Assembly: GCA_964019425.1 (NCBI GenBank)
Contig: OZ025801.1
Location: 186,001-250,000 of the forward strand
Reading direction: 5' to 3'
DNA: 64,000 bases
From: Flectonema sp. DT1601
Taxonomy: Eukaryota
Positions 44,401 through 54,673 of this stretch are shown here, one piece after another. Both the position numbers and the translations under genes were made by a program. Below the pieces are notes generated by a model. It did no database searches. It had not been told where the DNA came from and saw only the letters and a list, made by a program, of their open reading frames with translations. Each line of letters begins with the position of its first letter. The stretch's first letter is position 1.

Positions 44401-44959
44401 GAGAGAGAAGTGGGGTACTTCTATTCCTTCATCGTGGAACACTGAATTGTTTGAAAAGGAATTGAGTAAAAACAGGGAAGTGAAGACTCTCGGACACGGT
44501 GTCAGCTCAACAAAGGAACAGCAGTCTGTTGGAGATTCCGGGATGTTCGTTGATTTCGAAGTCACTGACGAGAGTGCTGCTGTATTGAATACCGCGGTAA
44601 CTGAGTCAGGTAAAGGCACAGGTCTACTTAGAGACAATGGTGACGGGAGCACTTTGATAATGGAACCTGTTGGAAACGGAATGGAATCTCTCGATTCTCC
44701 GAAAACATCAACAGAAGACAGTGTCGTAAAGGAAGACATCGACGACAGCAGTAGTAGTAGCAGCAACAACAATAACATTATATACATTATTGTTGGTGTT
44801 GTTGCTTCCTTGTGCTTGGGAGGTGCTCTGGTTGCCTTCACTGTCTACCGAAGGCAACAAAACAACAAAACCGAGAGCGACAGTTTCCTCACTTCTATGC
44901 AGGAGCTGGAGGCCAGCAATACCAATGACAGAATCACTTCCACTGTTACCAGGGTGTGA
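38441..44959 (+). CDS. Gene A copy 2: Cys-rich repetitive type I surface protein, 2172 aa, 14 repeat units
   Basis: Same architecture as A1: signal peptide, repeats, Cys domains, TM and TVTRV tail. Uninterrupted ORF. Confidence 0.92.
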   Translation: MRILIFCLVASIVQSQPTADCGTLKCGTGYVCEMLQSNNGAYPECVAKMAPANNCASLNCLPGTVCELIQGSSGSFYECVAKMAPVVDCANVKCQAGYVCEVIQNAAGILPECVPVATSDCSTFKCLAGTVCQMFKGSNGAYPECVSPANDCASLNCLPGTVCELIQGSSGSFYECVAKMAPVVNCANVKCQAGYVCEVIQNAAGILPECVPVATSDCSTFKCLAGTVCQMFKGSNGAYPECVSPANDCASLNCLPGTVCELIQGSSGSFYECVAKMAPVVDCANVKCQAGYVCEVIKNAAGILPECVPVPTSDCSTFKCLAGTVCQMFKGSNGAYPECVAPANDCASLNCLPGTVCELMQGSSGSFYECVAKMAPVVDCANVKCQAGYVCEVIQNAAGILPECVPVPTSDCSTFKCLAGTVCQMFKGSNGAYPECVSPANDCASLNCLPGTVCELMQGSSGSFYECVAKMAPVVDCANVKCQAGYVCEVIQNAAGILPECVPVPTSDCSTFKCLAGTVCQMFKGSNGAYPECVSPANDCASLNCLPGTVCELMQGSSGSFYECVAKMAPVVNCDLKCQAGYVCEIIKNSAGILPECVPVPTSDCSTFKCLAGTVCQMLKGSNGSNPVCVTPANDCASLNCLPGTVCELNMGRTAIYYECVAKMAPVVNCDLKCQAGYVCEIIKNSAGILPECVPVPTSDCSTIKCLAGTVCQMLKGSNGAYPECVAPANDCASLNCLPGTVCELNLGGTDIFYECVAKMAPVVNCDLKCQAGYVCEIIKNAAGILPECVPVPTSDCSTFKCLAGTVCQMFKGSNGAYPECVSPANDCASLNCLPGTVCELIQGSSGSFYECVAKMAPVVDCANVKCQAGFVCEVIQNAAGILPECVPVPTSDCSTFKCLAGTVCQMFKGSNGAYPECVAPANDCASLNCLPGTVCELNLGGTDIFYECVAKNAPVVNCDLKCQAGYVCEIIKNAAGILPECVPVPTSDCSTIKCLAGAVCQMLKGSNGSNPVCVTPANDCASLNCLPGTVCELNLGRTAIYYECVAKMAPVVNCDLKCQAGYVCEIIKNSAGILPECVPVPTSDCSTIKCLAGTVCQMFKNSYGAYPECVAPANDCASLNCLPGTVCELNLGGTDIFYECVAKNAPVVNCDLKCQAGYVCEIIKNAAGILPECVPVPTSDCSTIKCLAGAVCQMLKGSNGSNPVCVTPANDCASLNCLPGTVCELNLGGTDIFYECVAKMAPVVNCDLKCQAGYVCEIIKNSAGILPECVPVPTSDCSTFKCLAGTVCQMFKGSNGAYPECVSPANDCASLNCLPGTVCELMQGSSGSFYECVAKMAPVVDCANVKCQAGYVCEVIQNAAGILPECVPVPTSDCSTFKCLAGTVCQMFKGSNGAYPECVSPANDCASLNCLPGTVCELIQGSSGSFYECFPDVRNQNCDKDDDCEADEFCRTKSLSSGKCGTEMVCVKRSKEGESCGGFTPSCEYDICLSSLKCIAKEDNINLPGSCMKSELSEGDICRVDSKMIISMDRSSDCPAGTKCTRDVNSKEWLCVKSNAIRCNPSSCKEGEYCYVEGVNVKCIAPGIDKKCDLKTNDVVLCGSGRTCKKGFSCSGCQQTCKCDVNGKKACSRDCRPSCERIEEKSECLAESVSKWNSLGCKTFSCYNSVKSPSLEEMRYCCEKTGRYCKEDEKDQFDCRSDPKGWRFAQRKWCCEEKQVGCPIAMYDCSVDDASMEIVKNAEGLLQTSVVDVTMWEEKKAAYCCEKFQVGCVVDEDAFDCEWSEKTVAAWSEEQSDWCCSVKGVRCPDAAAADVKVNEKCQVMRAERASWDELTRMDCCLSDGVGCATEKFNCFSDSKAMSDWGSDQVDWCCNEENIACSVDCRADADLLSEEDKEGCCKSKGLHCKSSGTSGGDDEVVGSQGKTNNKRKSFRLSFKGSYSKIMENPKRFLRKLRRTILRVTKELESSNVMIKYVGSLMKDNIVPAKDVREKWGTSIPSSWNTELFEKELSKNREVKTLGHGVSSTKEQQSVGDSGMFVDFEVTDESAAVLNTAVTESGKGTGLLRDNGDGSTLIMEPVGNGMESLDSPKTSTEDSVVKEDIDDSSSSSSNNNNIIYIIVGVVASLCLGGALVAFTVYRRQQNNKTESDSFLTSMQELEASNTNDRITSTVTRV

Positions 44960-46424
44960 ACAAAACGTTGGTTTGTTGACTTCTGCTTCTTAGTTTCTTT
45001 TTTCAATAAATAAAAGTGGCTTAACTGCTTTTGGTTTTTTTTTATTATACACTGAAAGCAAACAAAAACAACAAAACTGAGAGCGATAGTTTCTTCTCTT
45101 CTATTCAGGAGCTGGAGGTCATCTATTCCAATGACACAATCACTTCCACTGTTACTGGTGTGTGAACAAAATGTTGGTTTGGTTGACTTCTGCTTCGTAA
45201 TATTTTCTTTACAAAAAAAAAAAAAAAAAGTCACCTTCTTGCTTTCGGTTTCCTCCTCCCCCATAAGTGTAAGATACACTCTATTCATAACCCGTTTGAT
45301 TGTGGGTATGTGATGGATGACTTATCCCTCTCACTTCTAATCTTGTATTGAAAAGATAGATTGATGTTATACATATCAATAGTCTTTGAAAACAATAACC
45401 TTCAAGTTCACGTACAGTTTCAATCATCCAAGTTTTCCCTTTCACGCTGAAAGTATTTCAACGTTGAGTCAGAGAAAAACTGTTGTCCTGTTAACGTTGT
45501 CCACGTCCTTTTTCATATTTCTTTTATTATTGTGTTTTCTAGTGTGGTCTCAGTCTCATGTGCTGCAGGCCACCGCCAACGAAACTGAATTGCTGGTTTT
45601 CCGCAAGGGTGTTTGGAGAACGTTTAAGTGTCCTGCTTGGGGTGTCCTCTCACCCCCTGTTGGACATGTCTCCGTTGTCAATCACTTTAGTGAATCACTT
45701 GAATTGAAACTCAATCGAACTATTATATTTTTTTCACACTGCCGACAGGCTTTGTATTTATTCCCCCTTCCTTTACTGTCGAATATTTAATAATTCATTG
45801 TTTTATTTATTCGCAACATAGTAGCTTTTAGCATTATTCCTTTCTCTCTCTTTATTTAAAATATTTACGAATTGTGATCAACTCTCAATTACTTGTTATT
45901 ATCGGGTGTGTGTTATCTTTGGTTTCGATTCTATATTTCATCTCTCAGGTACATAATAATGAATTCGACTACTTCATCAACAAGCAAGTAGATGACGTTT
46001 GTGTGATGTCATCTTACTGATTTGAGAGGGGAAAATGTCACAGCTTCATAGTTCATTTTTGAATTTCGAAACAGGGTAGCCTTAGTGCCGCATAGATTTT
46101 TATTTTATGTCAGAATTTTGAAACAGGTGAAAGAAATTACAGACTTGAGAGTTCAGCAACACTTCAGATAATTTGATATCCCTGCGTAGATACTTAGAGA
46201 TAATCCTCCTGGGGAATCCCAATAATGGAACCAAACAATCACATGGACGATCATCCATTTGTGAAATTGATGTACACAGTCAGCTTGGATAAAGAAATCT
46301 GACAAATTGTTTTATTATAGTTTTTCATATCCTCAAGAGATTAGTACAGTTCTTCATTCGTCTCCGAGTTTATCATAAACATCATCAAACTATCACTTCA
46401 AACAGTTTACTTATATTTAAAGAA

Positions 46425-47976
46425 ATGAGAATTTTGATATTCTGCTTGGTAGCTTCCATAGTTCAGAGTCAGCCAACTGCTGATTGCGGAACATTGAAGT
46501 GCGGTACCGGATACGTCTGTGAGATGTTGCAGAGCAGTAACGGTGCTTACCCAGAATGTGTTGCAATGATGGCTCCAGCTAATGATTGTGCAAGCCTTAA
46601 TTGCCTTCCTGGAACTGTCTGTGAGTTGATTCAGGGCAGTTCCGGTTCTTTCTATGAATGTGTTGCAAAGATGGCTCCAGTTGTTGACTGTGCTAACGTG
46701 AAATGCCAAGCTGGATATGTTTGCGAAGTAATCCAGAACGCCGCCGGTATTCTCCCAGAATGTGTTCCAGTTCCTACTTCCGACTGTTCAACTTTCAAGT
46801 GCCTTGCAGAAACATTCTATCAAATGTTTCAGGGCAGCAACGGTGCTTTCCCAGATGCAGACAGTAAACCAGTACAAAAGGCATCTGCTATGCTAGTTAC
46901 GAAGGCAAAATCGAAGACCAAGGAGGAGTTGACAAACGAAGAGAAGTTCTTAGCAGAGAAAGGACTGGCCAACAAATGTAGAATTGCCTATGACGAGGCT
47001 GATGACGAAGCAAAAGCAGGAATGAAGCGTAGCATTGAAAAGATCCTGCAAGGGGATACCGTTCATGGTACTGGGAAACCTGAGGATGCAAATGTTGAAT
47101 TTATCACCCTCCAGAATGAGTTCGAGAACTTCTGCAAGCAATTCCCACATTGGGCTGAATCCGAACAATCATTTGTGGTGTGGAGAGACCACGCTGAGAT
47201 GCAGGCAATTGAAGACAAAACAGCTATTCAGGTTGTCCGCGTTCAAAACAGTGGCTTGAGCTACATGCACGCCCCAGCGGTCCTGCAGCATTATGTCATC
47301 ACAAAGAACTCTGGTGGTACCCACCGTGAAATGCTCAACATCGCTAAGTTCATCAAGGAATATTTCACCCCAGATGAACTGTATGACCACATTGTAAGGA
47401 ACAAGGGTGGCAACTCAGTAGCATTTCTTCAGCACATCATGGGGTTGAAGGATAAAGATATTGAATCTTATACTATTCCAGGTGTTGAAAAGATGTCATT
47501 CCAATCTACAGCCCAGGATGTCTTCGATTCTGTTCAAGAACATGGTGTTGGTCTCGTTTCCAGTTTCAAAGTTGATGCGAACTTTCATAAAGAGGGTGTC
47601 TCCTTCATTGATACTTCATATGACTCTGATTCATGTAAGGTTTGTGTATTTTTCATTATTGCTTCGCTGTCAAGAATCAGTGGATGACACAACCAAAAGA
47701 GGGGCATATTAAATAAAACAACGACAGGGAAGACATGCCATGGTAATCATCGGCACACACAAGAAAGAAGACGGAAAGTTTACATTCCTCCTGCAGAATT
47801 GGTGGAGGAAGAGACAGCTTATCGAAGTATCAGCTGAGTATCTCTCTCAGATTGGTGCGACTATTGTTTTTGTAAAGAAAGAAGTGAAAGAAATCCCAGA
47901 GGATTTCCCGAAGGACAGTGCCTCCTACATGGAGACTGAGGATCTGGGTGAGCAGCTGCTCCCTGAAAGTAAATAA
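46425..47976 (+). CDS. Gene B copy 2: Cys-repeat/papain-like (Ser-type) chimera; exons 46425..47639, 47728..47976
   Basis: Near-identical to B1, with the same intron and QNSGLSYMHA, HAMVIIG and QNWW retained. Confidence 0.8.
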
Positions 47977-48001
47977 ATTCACTTTTAATCCTTCCTGTTT
48001 G

Positions 48002-50100
48002 CCCCGCAAACCCGCAAACCCTCACTAGAGATACCCGTCCAGGCTCGCTTCGCTCGCGCAAAGTTAATTTTTTTTGTTTTTCTGAATTAAGTTTGTTTTT
48101 CCTTTGCCTAAGCATGCAAAAATGAAAACGATGGCTAGGTAATACTGGTATGTGGCTTATTTCAAGCTGCCGATTTTTATCTTTCTGAACAACCTTATTT
48201 TACAACCAAGTCAGTTTTTATTCCCTGTCAGGCTTTTTGGCCTTTAATCTTTTGGGGCATCCTTTCTGTTGTTCTTTCTCTCTGTTAATTTTAATTTTCT
48301 CTGTTTCATTCAGGTTTTTCTTAGCAAACGCAAAGTGAACTTAAAAACAAATAATCTTCTGCCAAAGCATTTTTGCAGCAGACATTAAATTTTATATCTA
48401 AAAATCCCCATTACTGATAATAATTTAAAAAGGCCCACAGTTGTCCCCAATTTCCTTGGAACCTAAAAAATCCCCAATACTGGTAATAATGTAAAAACTA
48501 GAGATACCCACCCAGCCTCGCTTCGCTCGCGCAAAGTCATTTTTGTTTTTATTTTTCTGAATGTATTAATATGCAAGCACGAAAACAACGGATAGGTTAT
48601 AATTTAAAAAATCCCACGGTAGCCCCCAATTTCCTTGGAACCCAAAAAATCCCCATTACTGGTAATAATGTAAAAAAGCCCACGGTAGCCCCCATTTTCC
48701 TTGGAACCCAAAAAATCCCCAATACTGATAATAATGTAAAATAACCCCCAACAAACCCGACAATCTTTCATTAAGCTCCAAACATGAAAAAAGCCAAGTC
48801 CCAGAAGCACTGTTCTGATAGCTAACTTCAGTAGTACCAGCTTATTGCATTTACAGTTGTCATTTCCCCTCCTGGTAATCTCTGTGGAGCTTCTTCCCCT
48901 TTTGCTTCTTTTTTCTTTTCTTCCATGATTGTCTTTTATAGGAAGAATTTACATTAATTTCTTAATGTCTGAATGTGACTGCACATTCAGTCACAGTTTA
49001 TTAACAGTTCAACTTAGGAGTTTAGTGCAGCAGTCATTAAGATGATGAATGTAAAAAATAAATCCCCGCCTTCTTCCCCTCTATCTAAACCCAAACACAC
49101 ATTTAAGATCCAGTTGTGATAGTGAAGAGAAAAAACGAGTTCTCCCCTTCGTTTTCTTTCTTTTGTAGCCCCCCTTTCCACTACAATAATTCCCTCCTGA
49201 AGGTTTGCCACAGTTGATTGCGATGCAATTGTTTCTTTGTTTATTTACCCTTTTCCCCCAGCTTGAATTAGGTAATATCATTTGAAAGTTGCTGTGATGG
49301 TGTTGTTATGAATGCAACTGTCGCTATGCTGTAAATTCACATCGGTAGATGCATTGATATGAGAGCTGATGAGTTGCAACTGCATATGGTGAATGTTGTG
49401 TGTGAATGTGAACTGTGAAGGTTGAAAATATTAGTACATGCTATGTGTTCAAATGAAATGTTGCATCAGAGAGTTGCAGTTCATGTAATGTTTGAAGGTT
49501 GCATCTGATTGTGGTACTTCAAGGTTGCAGTTTTAGATACCATCTGTAGGTGCTAATTAACACCTACCCCTCGATATGCCTGCAGAACATCTTCAGCTGC
49601 ATATTCGCATGGTAGGGGTATTGGTATGTATATCTGCAAGCTGTTGGCTGTAGGACTGCAAATCTAGGTGAATATGAAACTGGGTTAGACATGTCCCTTC
49701 CCTACTACTTAACCTAGACATTGTTGTCATTTTAGGATTGGTGCTTCGCAGATCTGGGCATGATCTATTATTACCAGTATTTGGAATTTTTTGGGTTCCA
49801 AGGAAAAAACTTTCTTTTTTTGGATGTGCAAACCCGCACTTTTCGATACCCGCTGACGGCTGTTTTTTGTTTGAAGACCCAAAAGAAAGGTCAAAAAGCC
49901 TAATGCAGGGAATAAAAACAGAGGTAACTAATACAAAGTTGTTCAGAAAAATAAAAATGGCTAACTTGAAATAACCCACATATCCACTACAATAACCTAG
50001 CCATGAATTCAAAAAAACAAAAACAAAACAAAACAAAGCGAGCGAAGCGAGCCTGGACGGGTATCTCTAGTGCGGGTTTGCGGGTTTGCGAGTTTGCGGG
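48002..50100. mobile_element. Non-autonomous inverted-arm/Helitron-like composite (unit 2, variant left arm)
   Basis: Same termini as in unit 1. Here the left arm (~48002..48260) is a diverged inverted copy of the right arm (~49875..50100) over roughly 250 bp. Confidence 0.6.
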
Positions 50101-51301
50101 AAAAAAATTACATAACTAAACTGAGTGGAATACAATTACCTGCTTATAGCATTATAATAACAGGTTACGTCATTTGTAGTTTATAGTTTACTTTTGATTT
50201 TATAACTTCACACAGGTACTATGAACAATGAGAGATTCAGTGGGATCGCTCAGGGTCTAGTAGAGACTGCCAATGTTGTGCGTTGATAGGCAAGGTGATC
50301 AACCTTGACATTCTTTCTTCTCTCTCCTGTTGTAACAAACACAAAATACACACACAGCTTACAGGTACTCACATCTGCTGGAGCGATATCGATGCTTCCG
50401 TTGTCTTCCCTGGCTATTTCGTTTTCTAGTGTGGTCTCAGTCTCATGTGCTGCAGGCCACCGCCAACGAAACTGAATTGCTGGTTTTCCGCAAGGGTGTT
50501 TGGAGAACGTTTAAGTGTCCTGCTTGGGGTGTCCTCTCACCCCTGTTGGACATGTCTCCGTTGTCAATATTGAACCTCAATCGAACTATTACATTTTTTT
50601 CACACTGCCGACAGGCTTTGTATTTATTCCCCCTTCCTTTACTGTCGAATATTTAATAATTCATTGTTTTATTTATTCGCAACATAGTAGCTTTTAGCAT
50701 TATTCCTTTCTCTCTCTTTATTTTAAATATTTACGAATTTTGATCAACTCTCAATTACTTGTTATTATCGGGTGTGTGTTATCTTTGGTTTCGATTCTAT
50801 ATTTCATCTCTCAGGTACATAATAATGAATTCGACTACTTCGTCAACAAGCAAGTAGATGACGTTTGTGTGATGTCATCTTACTGATTTGAGAGGGGAAA
50901 ATGTCACAGCTTCATAGTTCATTTTTGAATTTCGAAACAGGGTAGCCTTAGTGCCGCATAGTTTTTTATTTCATTTCAGAATTTTGAAACAGGTGAAAGA
51001 AATTACAGACTTGAGAGTTTAGCAACACTTCAGGTAATTTGATATCCCTGCGTAGATACTTAGAGATAATCCTCCTGGGGAATCCTAATAATTGAAACCA
51101 AACAATCACATGGACGATCATCCATTTGTGAAATTAATTTACACAGTCAGCTTGGATAAAGAAATCTGACAAATTGTTTTATTATAGTTTTTCATATCCT
51201 CAAGAGATTAGTACAGTTCTTCATTCGTCTCCGAGTTTATTTCTTCATTTGTTAAACATCATCAAACTATCACTTCAAACAGTTTACTTATAATTAAAGA
51301 A

Positions 51302-54300
51302 ATGAGAATTTTGATATTCTGCTTGGTAGCTTCCATTGTTCAGAGTCAGCCTTCTGCTGATTGCGGAACATTGAAGTGCGGTACCGGATACGTCTGTGAG
51401 ATGTTGCAGAGCAGTAACGGTGCTTACCCAGAATGTGTTGCGAAGATGGCTCCTGCTAATAATTGTGCAAGCCTTAATTGCCTTCCTGGAACTGTCTGTG
51501 AGTTGATTCAGGGCAGTTCCGGTTCCTTCTATGAATGTGTTGCAAAGATGGCTCCAGTTGTTGACTGTGCTAACGTGAAATGCCAAGCTGGATATGTTTG
51601 TGAAATAATCAAGAACGCCGCCGGTATTCTCCCAGAATGTGTTCCAGTTCCAACTTCCGACTGTTCAACTATCAAGTGCCTTGCAGAAACATTCTGTCAA
51701 ATGTTTAAGGGAAGCAACGGTGCTTACCCAGAGTGTGTTTCTCCAGCTAATGATTGTGCAAGCCTTAATTGCCTTCCTGGAACTGTCTGTGAGTTGATTC
51801 AGGGCAGTTCCGGTTCTTTCTATGAATGTGTTGCAAAGATGGCTCCAGTTGTTGACTGTGCTAACGTGAAATGCCAAGCTGGATATGTTTGTGAAATAAT
51901 CAAGAACGCCGCCGGTATTCTCCCAGAATGTGTTCCAGTTCCAACTTCCGACTGTTCAACTATCAAGTGCCTTGCAGGAACCGTCTGTCAAATGTTTAAG
52001 GGAAGCAACGGTGCTTACCCAGAGTGTGTTTCTCCAGCTAATGATTGTGCAAGCCTTAATTGCCTTCCTGGAACTGTCTGTGAGTTGATTCAGGGCAGTT
52101 CCGGTACTTTTTATGAATGTGTTGCAAAGATGGCTCCAGTTGTTAACTGTGACTTGAAATGCCAAGCTGGATATGTTTGTGAAATAATCAAGAACGCCGC
52201 CGGTATTCTCCCAGAATGTGTTCCAGTTCCTACTTCCGACTGTTCAACTATCAAGTGCCTTGCAGGAACCGTCTGTCAAATGTTTAAGGGAAGCAACGGT
52301 GCTTACCCAGAGTGTGTTTCTCCAGCAAATGATTGTGCAAGCCTTAATTGCCTTCCTGGAACTGTCTGTGAGTTGATTCAGGGAAGTTCCGGTTCTTTCT
52401 ATGAATGTGTTGCAAAGATGGCTCCAGTTGTTAACTGTGACTTGAAATGCCAAGCTGGGTATGTTTGTGAAATACTCAAGAACGCCGCCGGTATTCTCCC
52501 AGAATGTGTTCCAGTTCCAACTTCCGACTGTTCAGCTATCAAGTGCCTTGCAGGAACCGTCTGTCAAATGCTTAAGGGCAGCAACGGTTCTAATCCAGTG
52601 TGTGTTACTCCAGCAAATGATTGTGCAAGCCTTAATTGCCTTCCTGGGACTGACTGTGAATTGAATCTAGGCAGTACAGGTATTTATTATGAATGTGTTG
52701 CAAAGATGGCTCCAGTTGTTAACTGTGACTTGAAATGCCAAGCTGGATATGTTTGTGAAATAATCAAGAACGCCGCCGGTATTCTCCCAGAATGTGTTCC
52801 AGTTCCAACTTCCGACTGTTCAACTATCAAGTGCCTTGCAGGAACCGTCTGTCAAATGTTTAAGGGAAGCAAAGGTGCTTACCCAGAGTGTGTTTCTCCA
52901 GCTAATGATTGTGCAAGCCTTAATTGCCTTCCTGGAACTGTCTGTGAGTTGATTCAGGGCAGTTCCGGTACTTTTTATGAATGTGTTGCAAAGATGGCTC
53001 CAGTTGTTAACTGTGACTTGAAATGCCAAGCTGGATATGTTTGTGAAATAATCAAGAACGCCGCCGGTATTCTCCCAGAATGTGTTCCAACTTCCGACTG
53101 TTCAACTATCAAGTGCCTTGCAAGAACCGTCTGTCAAATGTTTAAGGGCAGCAACGGTGCTTACCCAGAGTGTGTTTCTCCAGCTAATGATTGTGCAAGC
53201 CTTAATTGCCTTCCTGGAACTGTCTGTGAGTTTATTCAGGGCAGTTCCGGTTCTTTCTATGAATGTGTTGCAAAGATGGCTCCAGTTGTTAACTGTGACT
53301 TGAAATGCCAAGCTGGATATGTTTGTGAAATAATCAAGAACGCCGCCGGTATTCTCCCAGAATGTGTTCCAGTTCCAACTTCCGACTGTTCAGCTATCAA
53401 GTGCCTTGCAGGAACCGTCTGTCAAATGCTTAAGGGCAGCAACGGTTCTAATCCAGTGTGTGTTACTCCAGCAAATGATTGTGCAAGCCTTAATTGCCTT
53501 CCTGGGACTGTCTGTGAATTGAATCTAGGCAGCACCGGTATTTATTATGAATGTGTTGCAAAGATGGCTCCAGTTGTTAACTGTGACTTGAAATGCCAAG
53601 CTGGATATGTTTGTGAAATAATCAAGAACGCTGCCGGTATTGTCCCAGAATGTGTTCCAGTTCCAACTTCCGACTGTTCAACTATCAAGTGCCTTGCAGG
53701 AACCGTCTGTCAAATGTTTAAGGGCAGCAACGGTGCTTACCCAGAGTGTGTTTCTCCAGCTAATGATTGTGCAAGCCTTAATTGCCTTCCTGGAACTGTC
53801 TGTGAGTTGATTCAGGGAAGTTCCGGTACTTTCTATGAATGTGTTGCAAAGATGGCTCCAGTTGTTAACTGTGACTTGAAATGCCAAGCTGGATATGTTT
53901 GTGAAATAATCAAGAACGCCGCCGGTATTCTCCCAGAATGTGTTCCAGTTCCAACTTCCGACTGTTCAACTATCAAGTGCCTTGCAGGAACCGTCTGTCA
54001 AATGCTTAAGGGCAGCAACGGTTCTAATCCAGTGTGTGTTACTCCAGCTAATGATTGTGCAAGCCTTAATTGCCTTCCTGGAACTGTCTGTAAGTTGATG
54101 CAGGTCAGTACTGGTTCTTTCTATGAGTGTTTTCCTGATGTTCGTAATCAAAACACTGAATTGTTTGAAAAGGAGTTGAGTAAAAACAGGGAAGTGAAGA
54201 CTCTCAGACACGGCGTCAGCTCAACAAAGAAACAGCAGTCTGTTGGAGATTCCGGGATGTTCGTTGATTTCGAAGTCATTGACGAGAGTGCTGCTGTATT

Positions 54301-54673
54301 GAATACCGCGGTAACTGAGTCAGGTAAAGGCACAGGTCTACTTAGAGACAATGGTGACGGGAGCACTTTGATAATGGAACCTGTTGGAAACGGAATGGAA
54401 TCTCTCGATTCTCCGAAAACATCAACAGAAGACAGTGTCGTAAAGGAAGACATCGACGACAGCAGTAGTAGTAGCAGCAACAACAATAACATTATATACA
54501 TTATTGTTGGTGTTGTTGCTTCCTTGTGCTTGGGAGGTGCTCTGGTTGCCTTCACTGTCTACCGAAGGCAACAAAACAACAAAACTGAGAGCGACAGTTT
54601 CCTCACTTCTATGCAGGAGCTGGAGGCCAGCAATACCAATGACAGAATCACTTCCACTGTTACCAGGGTGTGA
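51302..54673 (+). CDS. Gene A copy 3: internally deleted Cys-rich surface protein, 1123 aa, 9 repeat units
   Basis: The repeats are joined directly to the membrane-proximal stalk (PDVRNQN|TELFEKE). Signal peptide, TM and tail are intact and in frame. Confidence 0.9.
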   Translation: MRILIFCLVASIVQSQPSADCGTLKCGTGYVCEMLQSSNGAYPECVAKMAPANNCASLNCLPGTVCELIQGSSGSFYECVAKMAPVVDCANVKCQAGYVCEIIKNAAGILPECVPVPTSDCSTIKCLAETFCQMFKGSNGAYPECVSPANDCASLNCLPGTVCELIQGSSGSFYECVAKMAPVVDCANVKCQAGYVCEIIKNAAGILPECVPVPTSDCSTIKCLAGTVCQMFKGSNGAYPECVSPANDCASLNCLPGTVCELIQGSSGTFYECVAKMAPVVNCDLKCQAGYVCEIIKNAAGILPECVPVPTSDCSTIKCLAGTVCQMFKGSNGAYPECVSPANDCASLNCLPGTVCELIQGSSGSFYECVAKMAPVVNCDLKCQAGYVCEILKNAAGILPECVPVPTSDCSAIKCLAGTVCQMLKGSNGSNPVCVTPANDCASLNCLPGTDCELNLGSTGIYYECVAKMAPVVNCDLKCQAGYVCEIIKNAAGILPECVPVPTSDCSTIKCLAGTVCQMFKGSKGAYPECVSPANDCASLNCLPGTVCELIQGSSGTFYECVAKMAPVVNCDLKCQAGYVCEIIKNAAGILPECVPTSDCSTIKCLARTVCQMFKGSNGAYPECVSPANDCASLNCLPGTVCEFIQGSSGSFYECVAKMAPVVNCDLKCQAGYVCEIIKNAAGILPECVPVPTSDCSAIKCLAGTVCQMLKGSNGSNPVCVTPANDCASLNCLPGTVCELNLGSTGIYYECVAKMAPVVNCDLKCQAGYVCEIIKNAAGIVPECVPVPTSDCSTIKCLAGTVCQMFKGSNGAYPECVSPANDCASLNCLPGTVCELIQGSSGTFYECVAKMAPVVNCDLKCQAGYVCEIIKNAAGILPECVPVPTSDCSTIKCLAGTVCQMLKGSNGSNPVCVTPANDCASLNCLPGTVCKLMQVSTGSFYECFPDVRNQNTELFEKELSKNREVKTLRHGVSSTKKQQSVGDSGMFVDFEVIDESAAVLNTAVTESGKGTGLLRDNGDGSTLIMEPVGNGMESLDSPKTSTEDSVVKEDIDDSSSSSSNNNNIIYIIVGVVASLCLGGALVAFTVYRRQQNNKTESDSFLTSMQELEASNTNDRITSTVTRV

